This document shows, piece by piece, positions 12,861 to 27,900 of a stretch of 64,000 bases of DNA (positions are counted from its first letter, which is position 1; each line of letters begins with the position of its first letter). The notes under the pieces are model-generated. The model saw nothing but the letters and a program-made list of their open reading frames with translations, was not told the DNA's origin and made no database searches. The stretch is from Haplodiscus bocki (Eukaryota), in NCBI GenBank assembly GCA_965655095.1, contig OZ296649.1, positions 1,178,001 to 1,242,000 on the forward strand, given 5' to 3'. The translations under genes and the position numbers were made by a program.

Positions 12861-15800
12861 CGGATGATTACGTTCTCTTTGTATTTGATGTGGTCTAAAA
12901 AGATGACTGGTAAATACGATCAACCAATATATGAGTTTTTTGAGAAAAATTACTAAATCCAGCAGCCGAAAACAATCTCTATCGTTTTTAACACATTCAA
13001 TGGCAAAATTTCAAAAAAAACTGATCATTATTCGGGTTTATACTTCAACCAAGTGCTTTTTTCTACTAATGAAAGGTTGAAGGAACTTTTGGTGAAAAAA
13101 GCCCTCATTCCGTTCCCTTTAGAAACAACAAATTGAAAAGCTTCTCAACACGCAAGTTTGATTCTACCGCAAAACAAACTAATTTCGTCGTTTCGTCTTC
13201 TGGCAAAAAGCTAATGACATTATCTGAACTCACAGGAACAGCCAAAGAGAAGGTTATTCTGATTTGTCATTCAAAAAGCATTAAAAAAATCTAAACATGA
13301 TTAGTCCATGTAAAAATTCACCACAAAAACCGAAATGGTAAACTCTTTTGAACTTTCTCTGAGCTTTATAGGTGTTTCAAGTGGTGTGAAGGTATACTGA
13401 TTTGATGTAATGTCAAAACTATGATGAACCATATGATGTTATGACAAAATAGAAAAAAATAATACAAAAACTTTCTGAACAATTTTCAATTCTATGGATG
13501 ATTTCGTTCTCTTTGTACAGGATGTGGTCCAAGACGATGACTTTTAAATACGACGAAACGATCTAGGTGTTTCTTGTAAAAAAGTAAAAAAAACCGGAAG
13601 AGATTCATGAACTATATTCATAGAGCTCTCATGACTACAATTCGTTTTTGCTTGGAAGTATTCCTGTAAATAAAATAAAGCCAAAATCACAATAACATTT
13701 AACAAGATGTTTAATGTTTATTGTCGTGAAGACAATGGACGCATAGAATATGTCGAATTTATAATTTTTTGATAGCTTGCTAAAAACAAACTATATCATT
13801 TCAGTAACCTTAACTGGCAAAACTTTATAAATTTCATCTTATTTCAAGTATATGTAATCACCAAACACTTTTTTCTGAAAACGCAAAAATGAAAGATTTT
13901 TCGTGAATCAAATTCAACATTCCGTTCTATTTAGAAACAAAAATTAGGAAGGGTAAACTGCTCGGAATCTTAATTCTCCTACAAAACAAACTATTTTCAA
14001 TGTTTCAATTTCTGGGACAAAAACTAACAACCTTATCTAAATCTAAACTCAATAAAAACAGCCAAACGAACAATTCATCCTGATTCTGCAATCAAAGAAC
14101 ACAGAAAAAACAAGCACTTGATCAGTTCATGTAAAATTACACCACAAAAACATCAAAACCTAGCTCTAATGACCTTTCTCTGAGATCTAAGATTATCCAA
14201 GTAATAAGAATAAAAAATAAAATGACGTTATTTGAGACAACACAGGATTCACGAATTATAATGACGATAAAAAAAAGAGTGTACAAAATTCTTCTTTTAC
14301 TAAAGTCAAGTCTACAGATGATTACGTCCTTCTTTTAGTTGATGTTGTCTATATCAAGGACTGGTAAATACAATCAACCGGACTTGGGGACTGTAGAGCC
14401 AAAATTCCAAAAACAGGAAGAGATTCATCCACTTCATCAAAAGAGCTCTCATGACTATTTCTTCAGAATTTCGAAGAGATTTAAAAAATGTTATAAAACA
14501 CTTTATCGTCACAAAAGAAACAAATTTTTCATCGTATTGAAGAGAATTCGACATATGGAAAGCATTAGTTTCACTATTTTTCATATTTCGATATCTCGCC
14601 AAAAAAATCCTTACCAGTTTGAAAACATTCACTAGCAAACCTTAGGAAAACTATCAGCATTTAATTTTACATACTAATCGATGGCATTTTTCTTTTTTCT
14701 GAAAAATCGAAGGAAACTCTGGTGAATAAAAGCCAACATCCCCTTTAGAAGCAATGGTCTGAAAAGACAATATGCACGTGAATTTGACTCTTGCGAAAAT
14801 CAAAGTGATTTAATTGTTTCGCTTTATGGGAAAAAATAACCTTATCTAAACTCACAAAAATAGCCAAAGAGAAAAGTTTTTCTGATTTTGCATTCAAAAG
14901 AAATAGTGATAACCTAAACATGATTAGTTCAAGTAGAAGATCACCACAAACACACCAAAAGTTAGCTCTACTGACCTTTGTCTGAGCTCTAAGTTCATTT
15001 CAAATAATTTGAAGGAATAGCGAAATGATGTTATTTGAGTTGAAAAGGAGTCACGTGATATTGTGAGAAAAAAACAAAATTGGAGTTTTTACAAAAATTC
15101 TTTCACTAGCTTGAATTATGACAAAAAAAAGATAAAATCAGAGTTTGCACAAAAACTTTTTACTAAATTTAATTTTTATGGACGATTACGTTCTCTTTGT
15201 ATTTGATGTGGTCTAGAAAGACGACTGGTAATTACGATCAACCAATCTATGTGTTTCTTGAGAAAAATTACTAAAACCAGCAGCCGAAAACAATCTCTAT
15301 CGTTTTCAACACATTCAATGGCAAACTTTTAAAAAAACTGATCATTATTCGGGTTTATACTTCAACCAAGTGCTTTTTTCTACTAACGAAAGGTTGAATG
15401 AACTTTTGGTGAAAAAAGGCATCATTCCGTTCCATTTAGAAACAATAAATTGAAAAGCTTCTCAACACGCAAGTTTGATTCTACCGCAAAACAAACTAAT
15501 TTCGTCGTTTCGTCTTCTGGCAAAAAGCTAATAACCTTATCTGAGCTCACAGGAACAGCCAAAAAGAAAGTTATTTCGATTCTTCATTCAAAAAGCAAAG
15601 AAAGAATCTAAACATGATTAGTCCCTGTAAAAATTCACCACAAAAACCGAAAATGTAAATTTTTCTGAACTTTCTCAGAGTTTTAAAGGTGTTTCAAGTG
15701 GTGTGAAGGTATACTGATTTGATGTAATTTCAAAAATATGATGAACCATATGAAGTTATGACAAAATAGAAAAAGAGAATACAAAATTTTTTGAACACTT

Positions 15801-18800
15801 TTCAATTCTATGCATGATTACGTTCTCTCTGTAAAGGATGTGGTCCAGAACGATGACTTTTTTTTACGATGAAACGATCTAGATGTTTCCTGTAAAAAAG
15901 TATAAAAACCGGAAGAGATTCATGAACTTCATTCATAGAGCTCTCATGACTACAAACCGTTTTTGCTTGGAAGTATTACTGTAAATAAAATAAAGACAAA
16001 ATCACAATAACATTTAACAAGATGTTTAATGTCTATTGTCCTGAAGACAATGGACGCATAGAATATGTCGAATTTATAATTTTTTGATAGCTTGCTAAAA
16101 ACAAAGTATATCATTTCAGTAACCTTAACTGGCAAAACTTTATAAATTTCATCATATTTCAAGTATATGTAATCACCAAACACTTTTTTCTGAAAACGCA
16201 AAAATGAAAGATTTTTCGTGAATCAAATTCAACATTCCTTTCTATTTAGAAACAAAAATTAGGAAGGGTAAACTGCACGGAATCTTGATTCTCCCACATA
16301 ACAAACTATTTTCAAAGTTTCAATTTCTGGGACAAAAACTAACAACCTTATCTAAACTCAAAAGAAAAACAATCAAACGAACAATTCATTCTGATTCTGC
16401 AATCAAAGAACATAGAAAAAACATAAACTTGATCAGTTCATGTAAAATTGCACCACAAAAACATCGAAACCTAGCTCTAATGACCTTTCTCTGAGATCTA
16501 AGATCATCCAAGTAATATGAATAAAAAATAAAATGACGTTATTTGAGACAAGACGTGATTCACGAATTATCATGACGATAAAAAAAGAGTTTACAAAATT
16601 CTTCTTTTACTAAAGTAAAGTCTACAGATGATTACGTTCTTTTTTCAGTTGTTGTGGTCTATATCAAGGACTGGTAAATACAATCAACCGGACTTGGGGA
16701 CTCTAGAGCCAAAATTTCAAAAATCGGAAGAGATTCATGCACTTCATCAAAAGAGCTCTTATGACTAATTCTTCAGAATTTCGAAGAGATTGTAAAAATG
16801 TTATAAAACACACTATCATCACAAAAGAAACAAGCTTTTCATCGTCTTGAAGGGAATTCGACATATGGAAAGCATTAGTTTCACTATTTTTCATATTTCG
16901 ATATCTCGCCAAAAAAATCCTTACCAGTTTGAAAACATTCACTAGCAAACCTTAGGAAAACTATCAGCATTTATTTTTACATTTTAATCGAGGGCATTTT
17001 TCTTTTTTTTTTGAAAAATCGAAGGAAACTCTGGTGAATAAAAGCCAACATCCCCTCTGGAAGCAATGGTCTGAAAAGCCAATATGCACGTGAGTTTGAT
17101 TCTTCCGAAAATCAAAGTGATTTCATTGTTTCGCTTTATGGGAAAAAATAACCTTATCTAAACTCACAAAAATAGCCAAAGAGAAAAGTTATTCTGATTT
17201 TGCATTCAAAAGAAATAGAGATAACCTAAACATGATTAGTTCAAGTAGAAGATCACCACAAACACATCAAAAGTTAGCTCTACCGACCTTTGTCTGAGCT
17301 CTAAGTTTATTTCAAATAATTTGAAGGAATAGCGAAATGATATTACTTGAGTTGAAAAAGAGTCACGTGATATTATGAGAAAAAATCAAAAATAGAGTTT
17401 ATACAAAAATTCATTCACTAGCTTGAATACTGCAAAAAAGAAAAAAAACAGATTTACACAAAAATTAATTACTAAATTTATTTTTATGGATGCTTACGTT
17501 CTCTTTGTTTTTGATGTGGTCTAGAAAGATGACTGGTAATTACGATCAACCAATCTATGTGTTTCTTGAGAAAAATCACTAAAACCAGCAGCTAAAAACA
17601 GTCTCTATCGTTTTCAACACATTCAATGGCAAACTTTAAAAAAACTGATCATCATTCGGATTTATATTTCAACCAAGTGCTTTTTTCTACTAATGAAAGG
17701 CTGAGGGAACTTTGGTGAAAAAAGGCATCATTCCGTTTCCTTTAGAAACACTAAATAAGAAACGCTTCTCCAAACGCAAGTTTGACTCTGCCGCAAAACA
17801 AACTAATTTCGTCGTTTCGTCTTCTGGCAAAAAGCTAAAAACCTTATCTGAACTCACAGGAACAGCCGAAGAAAAAGTTATTCTGACTCGTCATTCAAAA
17901 AGCATTAAAAAAATCTAAACATGATTAGTCCATGTAAAAATTCACCACAAAAACCGAAATGGTAAACTCTTTTGAACTTTCTCTGAGCTTTAAAGGTGTT
18001 TCAAGTGGTGTGACGGTATACTGATTTGATGTAATTTCAAAACGATGATGAATCTTATGATGTTATGACAAAATAGAAATAGATAATACAAAAACTTTCC
18101 GAACAATTTTCAAGTCTATGCATGAATACGTTCTCCTTTAAATAATAATGTCCAGAACGATGACCTTTAATTACGATGAAACGATCTAGGTGTTTCCTGT
18201 TAAAAGGTATAACAAGCGGAAGAGATTCATGAACTTCATTCACAGAGCTCTCTTGACTACATTCCGAGTTTGCTTGAAACTATTCCTGTAAATATAATAA
18301 AGACAAAATCACAATAACATTTAACAAGATGTTTAATGTTTATTGTCCTGAAGACAATGGACGCATAGACTATATCGAATTTATAAATTTTTGATGGCTT
18401 GCTAAAAACAAACTATATCAATTCAGTAACCTTAAGTGGCAAAACTTTATAAATTTCATCATTCTTCAAGTATATGTACTCACCAAACACTTTTTTCTAA
18501 AAATGCAAAAATGAAAGATTTTTTAGTGAATCAAAGTCAACCTTCCGTTCTATTTAGAAACAAAAATTAGGAAGGGTAAACTGCACGGAATCTTGATTCT
18601 CCCACAAAACAAACTATTTTTAATGTTTCAATTTCTGGGACAAAAACTAACAACCTTATCTAAACTCAATAAAAACAGCCAAACGAACAATTCATCCTGA
18701 TTCTGCAATCAAAGAACACAGAAAAAACAAGCACTTGATCAGTTCATGTAAAATTACACCACAAAAACATCAAAACCTAGCTCTAATGACCTTTCTCTGA

Positions 18801-21800
18801 GATCTAAGTTTATCCAAGTAAAAAGAATAAAAAATAAAATGACGTTATTTGAGACAAGACATGATTCACGAATTATCATGACGATAAAAAAAGGTTTACA
18901 AATTTCTTCTTTTACTAAAGTCAAGTCTACAGATGATTACGTTCTTTTTTTAGTTGATGTGGTCTATATCAAGGACTACTAAATACAATCAACCGGACTT
19001 GGGGACTCTAGAGCCAAAATTTCAAAAACCGGAAGAGATTCATGCACTTCATCAAAATAGCTCTTATGACTAATTCTTCAGAATTTCGAAGAGATTGTAA
19101 AAATGTTATAAAACACACTATCATCACAAAAGAAACAAATTTTTCATCGTCTTGAGGGGAATTCGACATATGGAAAGCAGTAGTTTCACTATTTTTCATA
19201 TTCCGATATCTCTCCAAAAAAATCCTTACCAGTTTGAAAACATTCACTAGCAAACCTTAGGTAAACTATCAGCATTTAATTTTACATACTAATCGAGGGC
19301 ATTTTTCTTTTTTGTTGAAAAATCGAAGGAAACTCTGGTGAATAAAAGCCAACATCCCCTTTGGAAGCAATGGTCTGAAAAGGCAATATGCATGTGAATT
19401 TGATTCTTCCGAAAACCAAACTGATTTCATTGTTTCGCTTTATGGGAAAAAATACCCTTATCTAAACTCACAAAAATAGCCAAAGAGAAAAGTTATTCTG
19501 ATCTTGCATTAAAAAGATAGAGATAACCTAAACATGATTAGTTCAAGTAGAAGATCACCACAAACACATCAAAAGTTAGCTCTACTTACCTTTGTATGAG
19601 CTCTAAGTTTATTTCAAATAATTTGAAGGAGTAGCGAAATGATGTTAATTGAGTTGAAAAAGAGTCACGTGATATTATGAGAAAAAATCAATAACAGAGT
19701 TTACACAAAAATTTTTTAATAAATTTAATTTTTATGGATGCTTACGTTCTCTGTGTATTTGATGTGGTCTAGAAAGATGACTGGTAATTACGATCAACCA
19801 ATCTATGTGTTTCTTGAGAAAAATCACTAAAACCAGCAACTAAAAACAATCTCTATCGTTTTCAACACAGTCAATGGCAAACTTTAAAAAAAACTGATCA
19901 TCATTCGGATTTATATTTCAACCAAGTGCTTTTTTCTACTAATGAAAGGCTGAAGGAAATTTGGTGAAAAAAGGCATCATTCCGTTTCCTTTAGAAACAC
20001 TAAATTGAAACGCCTCTCAAAACGCAAGTTTGACTCTGCCGCAAAACAAACTAATTTCGTCGTTTCGTCTTCTGGCAAAAAGCTAAAAACCTTATCTGAA
20101 CTCACAGGAACAGCCGAAGAAAATGTTATTCTGACTCGTCATTCAAAAAGCATTAAAAAAATCTAAACATGATTAGTCCATGTAAAAATTCACCACAAAA
20201 ACCGAAATGGTAAACTCTTTTGAACTTTCTCTGAGCTTTAAAGGTGTTTCAAGTGGTGTGACGGTATACTGATTTGATGTAATTTCAAAACGATGATGAA
20301 TCTTATGATGTTATGACAAAATAGAAATAGATAATACAAAAACTTTCCGAACAATTTTCAAGTCTATGCATGAATACGTTCTCCTTTAAATAATAATGTC
20401 CAGAACGATGACCTTTAATTACGATGAAACGATCTAGGTGTTTCCTGTTAAAAGGTATAACAAGCGGAAGAGATTCATGAACTTCATTCACAGAGCTCTC
20501 TTGACTACATTCCGAGTTTGCTTGAAACTATTCCTGTAAATATAATAAAGACAAAATCACAATAACATTTAACAAGATGTTTAATGTTTATTGTCCTGAA
20601 GACAATGGACGCATAGACTATATCGAATTTATAATTTTTCGACAGCTTGCTAAAAACAAACTATATCATTTCAGTAACCGTAAGTGGCAAAACTTTATAA
20701 ATTTCATCATTCTTCAAGTATATGTACTCACCAAACACTATTTTCTAAAAATGCAAAAATGAAAGATTTTGTAGTGAATCAAAGTCAACCTTCCGTTCTA
20801 TTTAAAAACAAAAATTAGGAAGGGTAAACTGCACGGAATCTTGATTCTCCCTCAAAACAATCTATTTTCAATGTTTCAATTTCTGGGACAAAAACTAACA
20901 ACCTTATCTAAACTCAAAAAAAAACAGCCAAAAGAACAATTCATCCTGATTCTGCAATCAACGAACACAGAAAAAACATGCACTTGATCAGTTCATGTAA
21001 AATTACACCACAAAAACATCAAAACCTAGCTCTAATGACCTTTCTCTGAGATCTAAGATTATCCAAGTAATAGGAATAAAAAATAAAATGACGTTATTTG
21101 AGACAAGACATGATTCACGAATTATCATGACAATAAAAGAAAGAGTTTACAAATTTCTTCTTTTACTAAAGTCAAGTCTACAGATGATTACGTTCTTTTT
21201 TTAATTGATGTGGTCTTTATCAAGGACTGGTAAATACAATCAACCGGACTTGGGGACTCTAGAGCCAAAATTCCAAAAACCGGAAGAGATTCATGCACTT
21301 CATCAAAAGAGCTCTTATGATTAATCCTTCAGAATTTCGAAGAGATTGCAAAAATGTTAGAAAACACTTTATCATCACAAAAGAAACAAATTTTTCATCG
21401 TCTTGAAGGGAATTCGACATATGGAAAGCAGTAGTTTCACTATTTTTCATATTTCGATATCTCGCCAAAAAAATCCTTACCAGTTTGAAAACATTCACTA
21501 GCAAACCTTAGGTAAACTATCAGCATTTAATTTTACATACTAATCGAGGGCATTTTTCTTTTTTTTGAAAAATCGAAGGAAACTCTGGTGAATAAAAGCC
21601 AACATCCCCTTTAGAAGCAATGGTCTGAAAAAGCAATATGCACGTAAATTTGATTCCTCCGAAAATCAAACTAATTTCATTGTTTCGCTTTATGGGAAAA
21701 AACAACCTTATATAAACTCACAAAAATAGCCAAAGAGAAACGTTATTCTGATTTTGCATTCAAAAGAAATAGAGATAACCTAAACATGATTAGTTCAAGT

Positions 21801-24800
21801 AGAAGATCACCACAAACACATCAAAAGTTAGCTCTACTTACCTTTGTATGAGCTCTAAGTTTATTTCAAATAATTTGAAGGAGTAGCGAAATGATGTTAA
21901 TTGAGTTGAAAAAGAGTCACGTGATATTATGAGAAAAAATCAATAACAGAGTTTACACAAAAATTTTTTAATAAATTTAATTTTTATGGATGCTTACGTT
22001 CTCTGTGTATTTGATGTAGTCTAGAAAGATGACTGGTAATTACGATCAACCAATCTATGTGTTTCTTGAGAAAAATTACTAAAACCAGCTGCCGAAAACA
22101 ATCTCTATCGTTTTCAACACATTCAATGGCAAACTTTTAAAAAAAACTGATCATTATTCGGGTTTATATTTCAAACAAATGCTTTTTTCTACTAATGAAA
22201 GGCTGAGTGAAATTTGGTGAAAAAAGGCATCATTCCGTTTCCTTTAGAAACACTAAATTGAAAAGCTTCTCAACACGCAAGTTTGACTCTGCCGCAAAAC
22301 AAACTAATTTCGTCGTTTCGTCTTCTGGCAAAAAGCTAATAACCTTATCTGAACTCACAGGAACAGCCAAAGAGAAGGTTATCCTGATTCTTCATTCAAA
22401 AAGCATAGAAATAAACTAAACATGATTAGTCCATGTAAAAATTCACCACAAAAACAAAAAAGGTAAACTCTTTTGAATTTTCTCTGAGCTTTAAAGGTGT
22501 TTGAAGTGGTGAGAAGGTATACTGATTTGATGTAATTTCAAAACTATGATGAATTTTATGATGTTATGACAAAATAGAAATAGATAATACAAAAATTTTC
22601 CGAACAGTTTTCAAGTACATGGATGAATACGTTCTCCTTTAAATAATAATGTCCAGAACGATGACCTTTAATTACGATGAAACGATCTAGGTGTTTCTTG
22701 TTAAAAGGTATAACAACCGGAAGAGATTCATGAACTTCATTCACAGAGCTCTCTTGACTACAATTCGAGTTTGCTTGAAAGAATTCCTGTAAATAAAACA
22801 AAGACAAAATCACAATAACATTTAACAAGATGTTTAAAGTTTATTGTCCTGAAGACAATGGACGCATAGAATATGTCGAATTTATAATTTTTTGATAGTT
22901 TGCTAAAAACAAACTATATCATTTCAGTAACCTTAATTGGCAAAACTTTATAAATTTCATCATTCTTCAAGTATATGTACTCACCAAACAATTTTTTCTA
23001 AAAATGCAAAAATGAAAGATTTTTTAAAGAATCAAAGTCAACATTCCGTTCTATTTAGAGACAAAAATTAGGAAGGGTAAACTGCACGGAATCTTGATTC
23101 TCCCTCAAAACAAACTATTTTCAATGTTTCAATTTCTGGGACAAAAACTAACAACCTTATCTAAACTCAAAAAAAAACAGCCAAAAGAACAATTCATCCT
23201 GATTCTGCAATCAAAGAACACAGAAAAAACATGCACTTGATCAGTTCATGTAAAATTACACCACAAAAACATCAAAACCTAGCTCTAATGACCTTTCTTT
23301 GAGATCTAAGATTATCCAAGTAATAAGAATAAAAAATAAAATGACGTTATTTGAGACAAGACATGATTCACGAATTATCATGAAGATAAAGGAAAGAGTT
23401 TACAAATTTCTTCTTCTACTAAAGTCAAGTCTACAGATGATTACGTTCTTTTTTTAGTTGATGTGGTTTATATCAAGGACTGGTAAATACAATCAACCGG
23501 ACTTGGGGACTCTAGAGCCAAAATTTCAAAAACCGGAAGAGATTCATGCACTTCATCAAAAGAGCTCGTATGACTAATTCCTCAGAATTTCGAAGAGATT
23601 TTTAAAATGTTAGAAAACACTTTATCATCACAAAAGAAACAAATTTTTCATCGTCTTGAAGGGAATTCGACATATGGAAAGCAGTAGTTTCACTATTTTT
23701 CATATTTCGGTATCTCGCCATATAAATCCTTACCAGTTTGAAAACATTCACTAGCAAACCTTAGGAAAACTATCAGCATTTAATTTTACATACTAATCGA
23801 GGGATTTTTTCTTTTTTTGAAAAATCGAAGGAAACTGGTGAATAAAAGCCAACATCCCCTTTAGAAGCAATGGTCTGAAAAAGCAATATGCACCTGAATT
23901 TGATTCTTCCGAAAACCAAACTGATTTCATTGTTTCGCTTTATGGGAAAAAATACCCTTATCTAAAATCACAAAAATAGCCAAAGAGAAACGTTATTCTG
24001 ATTTTGCATTCAAAAGAAATAGTGATAACCGAAACATGATTAGTTCAAGTAGAAGATCACCACAAACACATCAAAAGTTAGCTCTACTGACCTTTGTCTG
24101 AGCTCTAAGTTTATTTCAAATAATTTGAAGGGATAGCAAAATGATGTTATTGAGTTGAAAAAGAGTCACGTGATATTATGAGAAAAAATCAAAATAAGAG
24201 TTTATACAAAAATTCATTCAATAGCTTGAATACTGCAAAAAAAAGAAAAACAGATTTACACAAGTTATTTACTAATTTTAATTTTTATGGATGATTACAT
24301 TCTCTTTGTATTTGATGTTGTCTAGAAAGATGACTGGTAATCACGATCAACCAATCTATGTATTTCTTGAGAAAAATTACTAAAACCAGCAGCCGAAAAC
24401 CATCTCTATCGTTTTCAACACATTCAATGGCAAACTTTTAAAAAAAACTGATCAATATTCGGGTTTTTATTTCAACCAAGTGCTTTTTTATACTAATGAA
24501 AGGTTGAGGGAAATTTGGTGAAAAAAAGCACCATTCCGTTTCCTTTAGAAACACTAAATTGAAAAGCTTCTCAACACTCAAGTTTGATTCTGCCGAAAAA
24601 CAAACTAATTTCGTCGTTTCGTCTTCTGGCAAAAAGCTAATAACCTTATCTGAACTCACAGGAACAGCCAAAGAGAAGGTTATTCTGATTCTTCATTCAA
24701 AAAGCATAGAAATAAACTAAACATGATTAGTCCATGTAAAAATTCACCACAAAAACCGAAAAGGTAAACTCTTTTGAGTTTTCTCTGAGCCTTAAAAGTG

Positions 24801-24900
24801 TTTCAAGTGGTGTGAAGGTACACTGATTTGATGTAATTTCAAGACTATGATGAATCATATGATGTTATGACAAAGTAGAAATAGATAATACAAAAAAGTT
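12860..24900 (+). repeat. HOR block 2: 3-mer of ~2.25-2.32 kb, five full units plus a partial sixth
   Basis: The diagnostic deletion junction ccagcagccgaaaac (and variants) lies at 12961, 15279, 17587, 19835, 22087 and 24388 (spacings 2318, 2308, 2248, 2252, 2301). Repeated ORFs have right-hand ends at 14638/16948/19253/21504, and ORFs 18055 and 20303 are identical. Confidence 0.93.
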
Positions 24901-27900
24901 TAGAACAATTTTCAAGTCAATGGATGATTACTTTCTCTTTGTAATTGTTGTGGTCTACAACGAAGACCGGTATTACAATCAGCCGGTCTAGGTGATTCTT
25001 GTGGCAAAATTTTATCAACCTGAAGAGGTTCTTCCACTTCATCAACAGAGCTCTCATGACCAATTCTTCAGATTGTTGAAGAGATTGCGGTAAATTGGAT
25101 AAAATACACTATCTTGATAAAAGAAAACAATTTCCTCCTCATCCTGAAGGGAATGCGACGTAAAGAATACATCAATTTTACTAATTTTCCTTTTTCAATA
25201 TCTAGCCGCAAATGAACTTTTACCAGTTTGAAATCACTCACTGACAAACCTTTAAAAAAAACTATCGACATTTGATCTGTTATATTAGGCGAGCGTTTTC
25301 ATTCTATTGAGAAACCGAAGGAATTTTTGATGATTAAAAGGCAACATTCCCTTTAGAAGCAAAGGTCTAAAGAGGAAATATATAGGTGATTTCGAATCTG
25401 CCGCAAAAGAAACTAATTTCATTGCTTCAATTTAAGGAAGAAGAACTAATAACCTCAACCAATATCGAAAAAACAGCCAGAGAGAAAATTGGTTCTGATT
25501 TTGCATTCAAAACACATAGATATAACCTATACATGATTAGTACTTTTGAAATTTCACCGCAGAGACCTCAGAAGTTAGCTCTAAGGACCTTTTTTGAGCT
25601 ATAAGTTTATTTCAAGTAATTCGAACGAAACATAAAATGATGTTGTTTGAGATAATAAATGAATCAAGAGTTTTTATGACAAAAAAAGAGTGTACGAAAA
25701 ATTTCTTTCATTAAATTCGAGTCTATGGATAACTACGTTATCTTTGTGATTGACGTAGTCAAGCTTAACAAAATGTTTTGTCGCGAAGGGGAATGGACGC
25801 ATAAATTATGTCAAATTTGTCAGTTTCCGATAGCTTGCTGAAAACAATCTTTAGCATTTCGAAAACATTTACTGTCAAACTTTTGAAAAAAAAACCATCA
25901 TTTTTGAAAACACATATTGAACAAGTGTCTTTTTCTGCTAATGAAAAATTGACCAAAATTTTGGTGAATAAAAGCCAACATTCCGTTCCCTTTACAAACA
26001 ACAACTTCGAAAAGTAATCTACAAGCAAAATTGATTCTACCGAAAAAAATTCTTTCATTGTTTCGATTTATGGGAAAAAGCGAATAACCTTACCTAGAAT
26101 CACAAAAACAGCCAACGACAATGGGTGTTCTAACTTTTTGTTCAACAGACAAAGAGATAACCTAAACATGATTAGTCCAGGTAAAAGTTTACCACAAAAA
26201 CGACAAAATCACAAAATGAGCTCCATCGAAAGTTCTCAGAGCTTTAGGGTTGTTTCAAGTGGTGTGAATGTATACTGAGTTGATGTTATTTGGAAACTAT
26301 TTTGAAGCACCTGAAGCTATGACAAAAGAAAAGTTGATATTACAAATACTTTTTCAACTAATTTCAAAACATTGGATGATTACGTTCTCTTTGTAATTGA
26401 TGTGGTCTAGTACGATGACTAGTGATTAAAAGCAATCTGTCTAGGTGATTCTTTTGGTAAAAGTTTAACAACCTGAAGAGATTCTTGCACTTCATCGAAA
26501 GAACTCTCATGGAAAATCTTCACAATTTCGAAGAGATTGCAAAAAAGGGTATAAAACACACTTTTTCGACAAAATAAAACAACTTCCTCAACGTCCTGAA
26601 GGGAATGCGACCTTTAGAAAACAACAATTTCACCTATTTTTCATTTTTTGTTATCTCACCGGAAACAAATTCCGAATATTTTTGAATACACTCACTGGCA
26701 AATCTTTAAAAACTATCAGCTTTTAAAATTATGTATTAGTCCAGTGCAATTTTCTGTTTTAGAAAAATTGAAGGAAAATCTGATGAAAAAAATTCAACAT
26801 TCCCTTTAGAGTCAAAAGTTTGAAAGACAATACACACGCAAAGTTGATTCTGCCGCAAAACAAACTAACTTGGTTGCTTGGATTGATGGGAAAAGAACTA
26901 ATAACCTCAACCAAACTCGAAAGAGCAGCCAAAGATGAAAATGGTTCTGATTTTGCATTCAAAAGACATAGAGATAACGTAAACATGATTAGTCCATGTA
27001 AAAGTTTACCACAAAAACCTCAAAAAATAGCCCGAATGCTATTTGTTTGAGCCCTCAGGTTATTTCAAGTAACTTGGAAGAAAAAATGATTTTATTTGAG
27101 ATTGGATCACGCGAGATTATGACAAAAAACAGAGAAACAGAGTTTACACAAAAATTTTTTACTAAATTTATTTGTTATGGATGATTACGTTCTCTTTGTA
27201 TTTGTTGTAATCTAGAACAACAGAACGATGACTGGTGACGTGGCGACGATCAACCGATCTAGGTGTTTCCTATGAAAAACTATAACATTTAGAAGACATT
27301 CACGAAATTCATTTACAGAGCTCTCATGACTATTCCTCCAACTTTTTGAAAAAATTCCGGTAAATAAGATAAAGACACTATCCCAATAAAGTTTAACAAA
27401 AATTTTTGTCGTGAAAGAGAATGGTCGGATAGAAAATGTCAAATAAAGTGTTTTTCGATAGCTTGCTGAAAATAATCTTTATCATTTTGAAAATACTCAC
27501 TGGCCAACTTTCAGAAAAATCCATGAGTTTTGAAGTTATAAATTAACCAAGCGCTTTTTTCTACTAAAGAAAAATTGAATGAAATTTAAGTGAACATAAG
27601 CCAACATTCCGTACCTCTTAAAAGCAATAGTTTGAAAAGACGATATACACGCAAATTTGATTCTGCCTGAAAACAAACTACCTTCATTGTTTCTTTTCAT
27701 GGGAAAAAACAAATAACAATATCAAAACTCACAAAAATACCCGAAAGAAAAGCCAATCTGACTTTGCATTCAAAAGACATAGAGATAACTTAAGCATGAT
27801 TAGTCCATGTCGAAGTTCATCACAAAATACCGCATAGAATTTGCCAAACTAAATATTTTCCGATAGCTTGCTGAAGACAATCTTCATCATTCACTAGCAA

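Noticed and set aside
26980-27003. p53-type response element in aaacatgattagtccatgtaaa, or a CENP-B box in the monomer
   Set aside because: Both putative half-sites mismatch RRRCWWGYYY, the second at several positions, and I saw no match to the 17-bp CENP-B box consensus.
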